The notes under the pieces are model-generated. The model did no database searches. It saw only the letters and a list, made by a program, of their open reading frames with translations, and had not been told where the DNA came from. Below are positions 55,147 through 64,000 of a stretch of DNA of 64,000 nucleotides, piece by piece. The DNA lies in NCBI RefSeq assembly GCF_057098645.1, contig NZ_CM169472.1; one strand, written 5' to 3'. A program made the translations under genes and the position numbers. Within the stretch, counting starts at the first letter, position 1. Each line of letters begins with the position of its first letter.

Positions 55147-56316
55147 ATGAGAGACACAACGATCCTGCAAAACAGTACCCATGTCATTAAACCGAAAAAA
55201 TCGGTAGCACTTTCTGGCGTTCCGGCGGGCAATACGGCGCTCTGCACCGTGGGTAAAAGTGGCAATGACCTGCATTACCGCGGCTACGATATTCTTGATC
55301 TGGCGGAACATTGCGAATTTGAAGAAGTGGCGCATCTGTTGATCCACGGCAAACTGCCGACCCGTGACGAACTCGCCGCTTACAAAACAAAACTGAAAGC
55401 CCTGCGCGGTTTACCGGCTAATGTGCGTACTGTGCTGGAAGCCTTACCGGCGGCGTCGCACCCGATGGATGTTATGCGCACCGGCGTTTCCGCGCTCGGC
55501 TGCACGCTGCCAGAAAAAGAGGGGCATACCGTCTCTGGCGCGCGGGATATTGCCGACAAACTGCTGGCGTCACTTAGCTCGATTCTTCTCTACTGGTATC
55601 ACTACAGCCACAACGGCGAACGCATCCAGCCGGAAACCGATGACGACTCCATCGGTGGTCACTTCCTGCATCTGCTGCACGGCGAAAAGCCGTCGCAAAG
55701 CTGGGAAAAGGCGATGCATATTTCGCTGGTGCTGTACGCCGAACACGAGTTTAACGCCTCCACCTTTACCAGCCGGGTGATTGCGGGCACCGGCTCTGAT
55801 ATGTATTCCGCGATTATTGGCGCGATTGGTGCACTGCGCGGGCCGAAGCACGGCGGGGCGAATGAAGTGTCGCTGGAGATCCAGCAACGCTACGAAACGC
55901 CGGACGAAGCCGAAGCCGATATCCGCAAGCGGGTGGAAAACAAAGAAGTGGTCATTGGTTTTGGTCATCCGGTTTATACCATCGCCGACCCGCGCCACCA
56001 GGTGATTAAACGTGTGGCGAAGCAGCTCTCGCAGGAAGGCGGCTCGCTGAAGATGTACAACATCGCCGATCGCCTGGAAACGGTGATGTGGGAAACGAAA
56101 AAGATGTTCCCCAATCTCGACTGGTTCTCCGCTGTTTCCTACAACATGATGGGCGTTCCCACCGAGATGTTCACACCACTGTTTGTTATCGCCCGCGTCA
56201 CCGGCTGGGCGGCGCACATTATCGAACAACGTCAGGACAACAAAATTATCCGTCCTTCCGCCAATTATGTTGGACCGGAAGACCGCCAGTTTGTCGCGCT
56301 GGATAAGCGCCAGTAA
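55147..56316 (+). CDS. prpC: 2-methylcitrate synthase
   Basis: 389 aa citrate-synthase family. Confidence 0.95.
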   Translation: MRDTTILQNSTHVIKPKKSVALSGVPAGNTALCTVGKSGNDLHYRGYDILDLAEHCEFEEVAHLLIHGKLPTRDELAAYKTKLKALRGLPANVRTVLEALPAASHPMDVMRTGVSALGCTLPEKEGHTVSGARDIADKLLASLSSILLYWYHYSHNGERIQPETDDDSIGGHFLHLLHGEKPSQSWEKAMHISLVLYAEHEFNASTFTSRVIAGTGSDMYSAIIGAIGALRGPKHGGANEVSLEIQQRYETPDEAEADIRKRVENKEVVIGFGHPVYTIADPRHQVIKRVAKQLSQEGGSLKMYNIADRLETVMWETKKMFPNLDWFSAVSYNMMGVPTEMFTPLFVIARVTGWAAHIIEQRQDNKIIRPSANYVGPEDRQFVALDKRQ

Positions 56317-56349
56317 ACCTCTACGAATAACAATAAGGAAACGTACCCA

Positions 56350-57801
56350 ATGTCAGCTCAAATCAACAACATCCGCCCGGAATTTGATCGTGAAATCGTT
56401 GATATCGTCGATTACGTCATGAACTACGAAATCAGTTCCAGAGTGGCCTACGACACCGCCCATTACTGCCTGCTCGACACGCTCGGCTGCGGTCTGGAAG
56501 CTCTCGAATACCCGGCCTGTAAAAAACTGCTGGGGCCAATTGTTCCGGGCACCGTCGTACCTAACGGCGTGCGCGTCCCCGGAACTCAGTTCCAGCTCGA
56601 CCCCGTCCAGGCGGCATTTAACATCGGCGCGATGATCCGTTGGCTCGATTTCAACGATACCTGGCTGGCGGCGGAGTGGGGGCATCCTTCCGACAACCTC
56701 GGCGGCATTCTGGCAACGGCGGACTGGCTTTCACGCAACGCGGTCGCCAGCGGCAAAGCGCCGTTGACCATGAAACAAGTGCTGACCGGAATGATTAAAG
56801 CTCATGAAATTCAGGGCTGCATCGCGCTGGAAAACTCCTTTAACCGCGTTGGCCTCGACCACGTTCTGTTAGTGAAAGTGGCTTCCACCGCCGTGGTCGC
56901 CGAAATGCTTGGCCTGACCCGCGAGGAAATTCTCAACGCCGTTTCGCTGGCGTGGGTGGACGGTCAGTCGCTGCGCACCTATCGCCATGCGCCGAACACC
57001 GGCACGCGTAAATCCTGGGCGGCGGGCGATGCCACTTCCCGCGCGGTACGTCTGGCACTGATGGCGAAAACGGGCGAAATGGGTTACCCGTCAGCCCTGA
57101 CTGCGCCGGTGTGGGGCTTCTACGACGTCTCCTTTAAAGGTGAGTCGTTCCGCTTCCAGCGTCCGTACGGTTCTTACGTGATGGAAAATGTGCTGTTCAA
57201 AATCTCCTTCCCGGCGGAGTTCCACTCCCAGACGGCAGTTGAAGCGGCGATGACGCTCTATGAACAGATGCAAGCAGCAGGCAAAACGGCGGCGGATATC
57301 GAAAAAGTGACCATTCGCACCCACGAAGCCTGTATTCGCATCATCGACAAAAAAGGGCCGCTCAATAACCCGGCTGACCGCGACCACTGCATTCAATACA
57401 TGGTGGCGATCCCGCTGTTGTTCGGGCGCTTAACGGCGGCAGATTACGAGGACAACGTTGCGCAAGATAAACGCATCGACGCCCTGCGCGAGAAGATCAA
57501 TTGCTTTGAAGATCCGACGTTTACCGCTGACTACCACGACCCGGAAAAACGCGCCATCGCCAATGCCATTACTCTTGAGTTCACCGACGGCACGCGCTTT
57601 GAAGAAGTTGTGGTGGAGTACCCCATTGGTCATGCTCGCCGCCGTCAGGATGGCATTCCGAAGCTGGTGGATAAATTCAAAATCAATCTCGCGCGCCAGT
57701 TCCCGACTCGCCAGCAGCAGCGCATTCTGGAGGTTTCTCTCGACAGAGCTCGCCTGGAACAGATGCCGGTCAATGAGTATCTCGACCTGTACGTCATTTA
57801 A
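56350..57801 (+). CDS. prpD: 2-methylcitrate dehydratase
   Basis: 483 aa MmgE/PrpD family. Confidence 0.95.
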   Translation: MSAQINNIRPEFDREIVDIVDYVMNYEISSRVAYDTAHYCLLDTLGCGLEALEYPACKKLLGPIVPGTVVPNGVRVPGTQFQLDPVQAAFNIGAMIRWLDFNDTWLAAEWGHPSDNLGGILATADWLSRNAVASGKAPLTMKQVLTGMIKAHEIQGCIALENSFNRVGLDHVLLVKVASTAVVAEMLGLTREEILNAVSLAWVDGQSLRTYRHAPNTGTRKSWAAGDATSRAVRLALMAKTGEMGYPSALTAPVWGFYDVSFKGESFRFQRPYGSYVMENVLFKISFPAEFHSQTAVEAAMTLYEQMQAAGKTAADIEKVTIRTHEACIRIIDKKGPLNNPADRDHCIQYMVAIPLLFGRLTAADYEDNVAQDKRIDALREKINCFEDPTFTADYHDPEKRAIANAITLEFTDGTRFEEVVVEYPIGHARRRQDGIPKLVDKFKINLARQFPTRQQQRILEVSLDRARLEQMPVNEYLDLYVI

Positions 57802-57840
57802 GTAAACGGCGGTAAGGCGTAAGTTCAACAGGAGAGCATT

Positions 57841-59727
57841 ATGTCTTTTAGCGAATTTTATCAGCGTTCGATTAACGAACCGGAGCAGTTCTGGGCCGAG
57901 CAGGCCCGGCGTATTGACTGGCAGACGCCCTTTACGCAAACGCTCGATCACAGCAATCCGCCGTTTGCCCGTTGGTTTTGTGAAGGCCGAACCAACTTGT
58001 GTCACAACGCTATCGATCGCTGGCTGGAGAAACAGCCAGAGGCGCTGGCGCTGATTGCCGTCTCTTCGGAAACAGAAGAAGAGCGCACCTTTACCTTTCG
58101 CCAGCTTCATGACGAAGTAAACGCGGTGGCGTCAATGCTGCGCTCGCTGGGCGTGCAGCGTGGCGATCGGGTGCTGGTGTATATGCCGATGATTGCCGAA
58201 GCGCATATTACCCTGCTGGCCTGCGCGCGCATTGGCGCTATTCACTCGGTGGTGTTTGGTGGATTTGCCTCGCACAGCGTGGCGGCGCGAATTGATGATG
58301 CTAAACCGGTGCTGATTGTCTCGGCTGATGCCGGAGCGCGCGGTGGCAAAATCATTCCCTATAAAAAATTGCTCGACGATGCGATAAGTCAGGCGCAGCA
58401 CCAGCCGCGCCATGTTTTGCTGGTGGATCGCGGGCTGGCGAAAATGGCGCGCGTCAGCGGGCGGGATGTCGATTTCGCGTCGTTGCGCCATCAACACATC
58501 GGCGCGCGGGTACCGGTGGCGTGGCGGGAATCCAACGAAACCTCCTGCATTCTCTACACCTCCGGCACGACCGGCAAACCTAAAGGCGTGCAGCGTGACG
58601 TCGGCGGATATGCGGTGGCGCTGGCGACCTCGATGGACACCATTTTTGGCGGCAAAGCGGGCGGTGTGTTCTTTTGTGCTTCGGATATCGGCTGGGTGGT
58701 GGGGCATTCGTATATCGTCTACGCGCCGCTGCTGGCGGGGATGGCGACTATCGTTTACGAAGGATTACCGACCTGGCCGGACTGCGGCGTGTGGTGGAAA
58801 ATCGTCGAGAAATATCAGGTTAGCCGGATGTTTTCAGCGCCGACCGCCATTCGCGTGCTGAAAAAATTCCCTACCGCTGAAATTCGTAAACACGATCTCT
58901 CGTCGCTGGAAGTGCTCTATCTGGCTGGAGAACCGCTGGACGAGCCGACCGCCAGTTGGGTGAGCAATACGCTGGATGTGCCGGTCATCGACAACTACTG
59001 GCAGACCGAATCCGGCTGGCCGATTATGGCGATTGCTCGCGGTCTGGACGACAGGCCGACGCGTCTGGGAAGCCCCGGCGTGCCGATGTATGGCTATAAC
59101 GTGCAGTTGCTTAATGAAGTCACCGGCGAACCGTGTGGCGTCAACGAGAAAGGGATGCTGGTGGTGGAAGGGCCGCTGCCGCCGGGGTGTATTCAGACCC
59201 TCTGGGGCGACGACGACCGCTTTGTGAAGACGTACTGGTCGCTGTTTTCCCGCCCGGTGTACGCCACCTTTGACTGGGGCATCCGTGACGCTGACGGTTA
59301 TCACTTTATTCTCGGGCGCACTGACGATGTGATTAACGTTGCCGGGCATCGGCTGGGGACGCGCGAGATTGAAGAGAGTATCTCCAGTCATCCGGGCGTT
59401 GCCGAAGTGGCGGTGGTTGGGGTGAAAGATGCGCTGAAAGGGCAGGTGGCGGTAGCGTTTGTCATTCCGAAAGAGAGCGACAGTCTGGAAGATCGTGATG
59501 TGGCGCATTCGCAAGAGAAGGCGATTATGGCGCTGGTGGACAGCCAGATTGGCAACTTTGGCCGCCCGGCGCACGTCTGGTTTGTCTCGCAATTGCCGAA
59601 AACGCGATCCGGAAAAATGCTGCGCCGCACGATCCAGGCGATTTGCGAAGGACGCGATCCTGGGGATCTGACGACCATTGATGATCCTGCGTCGTTGGAT
59701 CAGATCCGCCAGGCGATGGAAGAGTAA
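57841..59727 (+). CDS. prpE: propionyl-CoA synthetase
   Basis: 628 aa, AMP-binding motif YTSGTTGKPKG. Confidence 0.95.
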   Translation: MSFSEFYQRSINEPEQFWAEQARRIDWQTPFTQTLDHSNPPFARWFCEGRTNLCHNAIDRWLEKQPEALALIAVSSETEEERTFTFRQLHDEVNAVASMLRSLGVQRGDRVLVYMPMIAEAHITLLACARIGAIHSVVFGGFASHSVAARIDDAKPVLIVSADAGARGGKIIPYKKLLDDAISQAQHQPRHVLLVDRGLAKMARVSGRDVDFASLRHQHIGARVPVAWRESNETSCILYTSGTTGKPKGVQRDVGGYAVALATSMDTIFGGKAGGVFFCASDIGWVVGHSYIVYAPLLAGMATIVYEGLPTWPDCGVWWKIVEKYQVSRMFSAPTAIRVLKKFPTAEIRKHDLSSLEVLYLAGEPLDEPTASWVSNTLDVPVIDNYWQTESGWPIMAIARGLDDRPTRLGSPGVPMYGYNVQLLNEVTGEPCGVNEKGMLVVEGPLPPGCIQTLWGDDDRFVKTYWSLFSRPVYATFDWGIRDADGYHFILGRTDDVINVAGHRLGTREIEESISSHPGVAEVAVVGVKDALKGQVAVAFVIPKESDSLEDRDVAHSQEKAIMALVDSQIGNFGRPAHVWFVSQLPKTRSGKMLRRTIQAICEGRDPGDLTTIDDPASLDQIRQAMEE

Positions 59728-59733
59728 GGTATT

Positions 59734-59810
59734 GTCGGATGCGTCGCGTGGCGCATCCGACAGTTGTGCGCAGATGCCTGATGCGACGCTGGCGCGTCTT
59801 ATCATGCCTG
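59734..59810. repeat. REP elements downstream of prpE
   Basis: gtcggatgcg...cgcatccgac and gcctgatgcgacgctggcgcgtcttatca REP-type palindromes. Confidence 0.8.
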
Positions 59811-59962
59811 CCCACTGTTTTTACACCGATAATTTTCCCCCACCTTTTTGCACTCATTCATATAAAAAATATATTTCCCCACGAAAACGATTGCTTTTTA
59901 TCTTCAGATGAATAGAATACGGCGGATTTTTTGGGTTTCAAACAGCAAAAAGGGGGAATTTC

Positions 59963-61222
59963 GTGTCGCAAGATAACAACTTTAGCCAGGGGCCAGTCCC
60001 GCAGTCGGCGCGGAAAGGGGTATTGGCATTGATGTTCGTCATGCTGGGATTAACCTTCTTTTCCGCCAGTATGTGGACCGGCGGCACTCTCGGAACCGGT
60101 CTTAGCTATCATGATTTCTTCCTCGCAGTTCTCATCGGCAACCTTCTCCTCGGTATTTACACTTCATTTCTTGGTTACATTGGCGCAAAAACCGGCCTGA
60201 CCACCCATCTTCTTGCTCGCTTTTCGTTTGGTGTTAAAGGCTCATGGCTGCCTTCACTGCTGCTGGGCGGCACCCAGGTTGGCTGGTTTGGCGTCGGTGT
60301 GGCGATGTTTGCTATTCCGGTGGGCAAGGCAACCGGGCTGGATATTAATTTGCTGATTGCCGTTTCCGGTTTACTGATGACCGTCACCGTCTTCTTTGGC
60401 ATTTCGGCGCTGACAGTTCTTTCGGTGATTGCGGTTCCGGCGATCGCCTGTCTTGGCGGTTATTCCGTGTGGCTGGCCGTTAACGGCATGGGCGGCCTGG
60501 ACGCCTTAAAAGCGGTCGTTCCCGCACAACCATTAGATTTCAATGTCGCGCTGGCGCTGGTTGTGGGGTCATTTATCAGTGCGGGTACGCTCACCGCCGA
60601 CTTTGTCCGCTTTGGTCGCAATGCCAAACTGGCGGTGCTGGTGGCGATGGTGGCCTTTTTCCTCGGCAACTCGTTGATGTTTATTTTCGGTGCAGCGGGC
60701 GCTGCGGCACTGGGGATGGCGGATATTTCTGATGTGATGATTGCTCAGGGCCTGCTGTTGCCTGCGATTGTGGTGCTGGGGCTAAATATCTGGACCACCA
60801 ACGATAACGCGCTCTATGCGTCGGGTTTAGGTTTCGCCAACATTACCGGTATGTCGAGCAAAACCCTTTCGGTAATCAACGGTATTATCGGTACGGTCTG
60901 CGCATTATGGCTGTATAACAATTTTGTCGGCTGGTTGACCTTCCTTTCGGCAGCTATTCCTCCGGTAGGTGGCGTGATCATTGCCGACTATCTGATGAAC
61001 CGTCGCCGCTATGAGCACTTTGCGACCACGCGTATGATGAGTGTCAATTGGGTGGCGATTCTGGCGGTCGCCTTGGGGATTGCCGCAGGCCACTGGTTAC
61101 CGGGAATTGTTCCGGTCAACGCGGTATTAGGTGGCGCGCTGAGCTATCTGATCCTTAACCCGATTTTGAATCGTAAAACGACAGCAGCAATGACGCATGT
61201 GGAGGCTAACAGTGTCGAATAA
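59963..61222 (+). CDS. codB: cytosine permease CodB
   Basis: 419 aa, about 12 TM helices; GTG start. Confidence 0.95.
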   Translation: MSQDNNFSQGPVPQSARKGVLALMFVMLGLTFFSASMWTGGTLGTGLSYHDFFLAVLIGNLLLGIYTSFLGYIGAKTGLTTHLLARFSFGVKGSWLPSLLLGGTQVGWFGVGVAMFAIPVGKATGLDINLLIAVSGLLMTVTVFFGISALTVLSVIAVPAIACLGGYSVWLAVNGMGGLDALKAVVPAQPLDFNVALALVVGSFISAGTLTADFVRFGRNAKLAVLVAMVAFFLGNSLMFIFGAAGAAALGMADISDVMIAQGLLLPAIVVLGLNIWTTNDNALYASGLGFANITGMSSKTLSVINGIIGTVCALWLYNNFVGWLTFLSAAIPPVGGVIIADYLMNRRRYEHFATTRMMSVNWVAILAVALGIAAGHWLPGIVPVNAVLGGALSYLILNPILNRKTTAAMTHVEANSVE

Positions 61223-62495
61223 CGCTTTACAAACAATTATTAACGCCCGGTTACCAGGCAAAGAGGGGCTGTGGCAGATTCATCTGCAGGACGGAAAAAT
61301 CAGCGCCATTGATGCGCAATCCGGCGTGATGCCCATAACTGAAAACAGCCTGGATGCCGAACAAGGTTTAGTTATACCGCCGTTTGTGGAGCCACATATT
61401 CACCTGGACACCACGCAAACCGCCGGACAACCGAACTGGAATCAGTCCGGCACGCTGTTTGAAGGCATTGAACGCTGGGCCGAGCGCAAAGCGTTATTAA
61501 CCCATGACGACGTGAAACAACGCGCATGGCAAACGCTGAAATGGCAGATTGCCAACGGCATTCAGCATGTGCGTACCCATGTCGATGTCTCCGACGCAAC
61601 GCTGACTGCGTTGAAAGCGATGCTGGAAGTGAAACAGGAAGTTGCGCCGTGGATTGATCTGCAAATCGTCGCCTTCCCGCAGGAAGGGATTTTGTCGTAT
61701 CCCAACGGTGAAGCGTTGCTGGAAGAGGCGTTACGCTTAGGGGCAGATGTAGTGGGGGCGATTCCGCATTTTGAATTTACCCGTGAATACGGCGTGGAGT
61801 CGCTGCATAAAACCTTCGCCCTGGCGCAAAAATACGACCGTCTCATCGACGTTCACTGTGATGAGATCGATGACGAGCAGTCGCGCTTTGTCGAAACCGT
61901 TGCTGCCCTGGCGCACCGTGAAGGCATGGGCGCGCGAGTCACCGCCAGCCACACCACGGCAATGCACTCCTATAACGGGGCGTATACCTCACGCCTGTTC
62001 CGCTTGCTGAAAATGTCCGGTATTAACTTTGTCGCCAACCCGCTGGTCAATATTCATCTGCAAGGACGTTTCGATACGTATCCAAAACGTCGCGGCATCA
62101 CGCGCGTTAAAGAGATGCTGGAGTCCGGCATTAACGTCTGCTTTGGTCACGATGATGTCTTCGATCCGTGGTATCCGCTGGGAACGGCGAATATGCTGCA
62201 AGTGCTGCATATGGGGCTGCATGTTTGCCAGTTGATGGGCTACGGGCAGATTAACGATGGCCTGAATTTAATCACCCACCACAGCGCAAGGACGTTGAAT
62301 TTGCAGGATTACGGCATTGCCGCCGGAAACAGCGCCAACCTGATTATCCTGCCGGCTGAAAATGGATTTGATGCGCTGCGCCGTCAGGTTCCGGTACGTT
62401 ATTCGGTACGTGGCGGCAAGGTGATTGCCAGCACACAACCGGCACAAACCACCGTATATCTGGAGCAGCCGGAAGCCATCGATTACAAACGGTGA
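61212..62495 (+). CDS. codA: cytosine deaminase CodA
   Basis: GTG start ([14 protein letters not shown]) overlapping codB end; amidohydrolase HxH motif (PHIHLD); 427 aa. Confidence 0.95.
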   Translation: MSNNALQTIINARLPGKEGLWQIHLQDGKISAIDAQSGVMPITENSLDAEQGLVIPPFVEPHIHLDTTQTAGQPNWNQSGTLFEGIERWAERKALLTHDDVKQRAWQTLKWQIANGIQHVRTHVDVSDATLTALKAMLEVKQEVAPWIDLQIVAFPQEGILSYPNGEALLEEALRLGADVVGAIPHFEFTREYGVESLHKTFALAQKYDRLIDVHCDEIDDEQSRFVETVAALAHREGMGARVTASHTTAMHSYNGAYTSRLFRLLKMSGINFVANPLVNIHLQGRFDTYPKRRGITRVKEMLESGINVCFGHDDVFDPWYPLGTANMLQVLHMGLHVCQLMGYGQINDGLNLITHHSARTLNLQDYGIAAGNSANLIILPAENGFDALRRQVPVRYSVRGGKVIASTQPAQTTVYLEQPEAIDYKR

Positions 62496-62523
62496 TCGGC
62501 TGGGCTGTGTGTTGACAAAGCGA

Positions 62524-62612
62524 GCGTAGTTTATGCCGGATGCGGCGTGAACGCCTTATCCGGCCTACGTAGAGCACCGAACTCGTAGGCCTGATAAGCG
62601 TAGCGCATCAGG
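62524..62612. repeat. REP element pair downstream of codA
   Basis: Same gccggatgcggcgtgaacgccttatccggcctac / ctgataagcgtagcgcatcaggca unit as at 45379. Confidence 0.85.
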
Positions 62613-62627
62613 CAATTGTGTCAGTGG

Positions 62628-63527
62628 CTACCGTGATTCATTCTCGCCAACATCCGCACATTCCTCCAACGCCATGTGCAAAAATGCCTTCGCGGCGGCT
62701 GTCTGCCAGCTATTTTTCCGCCGCAACAAAACCGCCGTTCTCTCCAGTAGTGGCGGGGCAAGAGAAATAGCTTTAAGCCCGTCATGTTGTGTGGCAATCG
62801 CTGCTGGTAACAATGTGGAAAGGGAAGTGCGGCGAATCAGCTCCAGAACCGCGCTAATTGAGTTCGCCTCAATGACCACCTGTGGATGCAGCCCCGCTTT
62901 CTCGCAGTAGTGGTCAATTTGCTCTCTGGTGGCAAATTCCGCGCTGAGCAGGACCAGTTTTTCATCATGCAAGCGACTCAACGCCACCTGTTCACAGGCA
63001 GCCAGCGGATGATGTTGCGCCACGACTAACGCTAAACTTTCTGTCAGTAAAGGAATTGCCTCCAGCTCCGGCGAATGCACAGGCGCGAAGGCAATCCCAA
63101 CGTCCAACTCGTCGCGGCAAAGCATATCCTCGATTTTCTCCTGCGACATTTCCTGTAGCTGGAGCGTGATGCCGGGATAGCGCGCATAGAAATCCGCCAT
63201 TAAGGGGCCGATAAAGTAGCTCGTAAAGGTGGGGGTGACGGCGATACGCAGCGATCCTCGCGTCAGATCGGCAACATCATGAATCGCCCGTTTACCCGCC
63301 CCCAGTTCCTGTAACGCCCGGCTGGCGTACTGTCGCCAGACTTCTCCTGCATCAGTGAGATGAATCGTTCGCCCGCTACGGTCAAACAGCGGCACGCCTA
63401 AACTCTCCTCTAACTGGCGAATCTGCTGGGAAAGCGCAGGCTGAGAGACGTGCAACGCACTGGCGGCACGGGTGAAGCTGCCATGTTCAGCCACGGCAAG
63501 AAAATAATTGATATGTCGAGAGAGCAT
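62628..63527 (-). CDS. cynR: LysR-family regulator CynR
   Basis: Start at [40 protein letters not shown] (299 aa). Confidence 0.9.
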   Translation of the reverse strand: MLSRHINYFLAVAEHGSFTRAASALHVSQPALSQQIRQLEESLGVPLFDRSGRTIHLTDAGEVWRQYASRALQELGAGKRAIHDVADLTRGSLRIAVTPTFTSYFIGPLMADFYARYPGITLQLQEMSQEKIEDMLCRDELDVGIAFAPVHSPELEAIPLLTESLALVVAQHHPLAACEQVALSRLHDEKLVLLSAEFATREQIDHYCEKAGLHPQVVIEANSISAVLELIRRTSLSTLLPAAIATQHDGLKAISLAPPLLERTAVLLRRKNSWQTAAAKAFLHMALEECADVGENESR

Positions 63528-63636
63528 TCGCCAACCTATAAGTAAATCCAATAGAACTCATCATAAATGAGACTTTTACCTTATGACAATCGGCGAGTAG
63601 TCTGCCTCTCATTCCAGAGACAGACAGAGGTTAACG

Positions 63637-64000
63637 GTGAAAGAGATTATTGATGGATTCCTTAAATTCCAGCGCGAGGCATTTCCGAAGCGGGAAGCCT
63701 TATTTAAACAGCTGGCGACACAGCAAAGCCCTCGCACCCTTTTTATCTCCTGCTCCGACAGCCGTCTGGTCCCTGAGCTGGTGACGCAACGTGAGCCTGG
63801 CGATCTGTTCGTTATTCGCAACGCAGGTAATATTGTCCCTTCCTACGGGCCGGAACCCGGTGGCGTTTCTGCTTCGGTGGAGTATGCCGTCGCTGCGCTT
63901 CGGGTATCTGACATTGTGATTTGCGGTCATTCCAACTGTGGCGCGATGACCGCCATTGCCAGCTGTCAGTGCATGGACCATATGCCTGCCGTCTCCCACT
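63637..64000 (+). CDS. cynT: cyanate-inducible carbonic anhydrase CynT, 3' end beyond window
   Basis: GTG start; own translation [44 protein letters not shown]... matches beta-carbonic anhydrase (CSDSR, HSNCG). Confidence 0.85.
   Translation, partial: MKEIIDGFLKFQREAFPKREALFKQLATQQSPRTLFISCSDSRLVPELVTQREPGDLFVIRNAGNIVPSYGPEPGGVSASVEYAVAALRVSDIVICGHSNCGAMTAIASCQCMDHMPAVSH

Noticed and set aside
58132-59857. Antisense ORFs across prpE (58834..59805, 323 aa)
   Set aside because: Overlaps prpE, which has an unambiguous AMP-binding signature; no independent evidence.

Overview
Enterobacterial chromosome, almost certainly Escherichia coli, covering the fdeC(eaeH)-rcl-ykgEFGH-bet-yah-prp-cod-cyn neighbourhood. 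Gene identities are from reading the translated ORFs against remembered protein families and K-12 gene order; no database search was run. Most of the window is conserved backbone (rclCBA/rclR, ykgEFG, ykgH, betABI/betT, pdeL(yahA)-yahO, prpR/prpBCDE, codBA, cynR/cynT) with REP/BIME clusters. Four segments look accessory relative to the K-12 layout as I remember it: (1) an upstream detoxification-type cluster (OYE flavin reductase, Cys-type hydrolase, two LysR regulators, two aldo-keto reductases) next to a full-length 1417-aa intimin-family adhesin FdeC; (2) between ykgH and betA, a small island with an autotransporter remnant truncated by an IS3-family element (IS629-like), a LuxR-type regulator, a FimB/FimE-family tyrosine recombinase and a ~720 bp extremely AT-rich ORF-free tract; (3) between betT and pdeL, a ~1327-aa AIDA-type autotransporter (EhaA-like); (4) conserved hypothetical yahEFG-yahIJ catabolic-looking genes. 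The most interesting signal is in island (2): perfect 16-bp inverted repeats bracket ~245 bp lying exactly between the recombinase gene and the LuxR regulator start, i.e. a candidate invertible promoter switch (phase variation of a transcription factor). The architecture resembles what I recall of the FimX/HyxR system of uropathogenic E. coli, but I cannot confirm sequence identity here.
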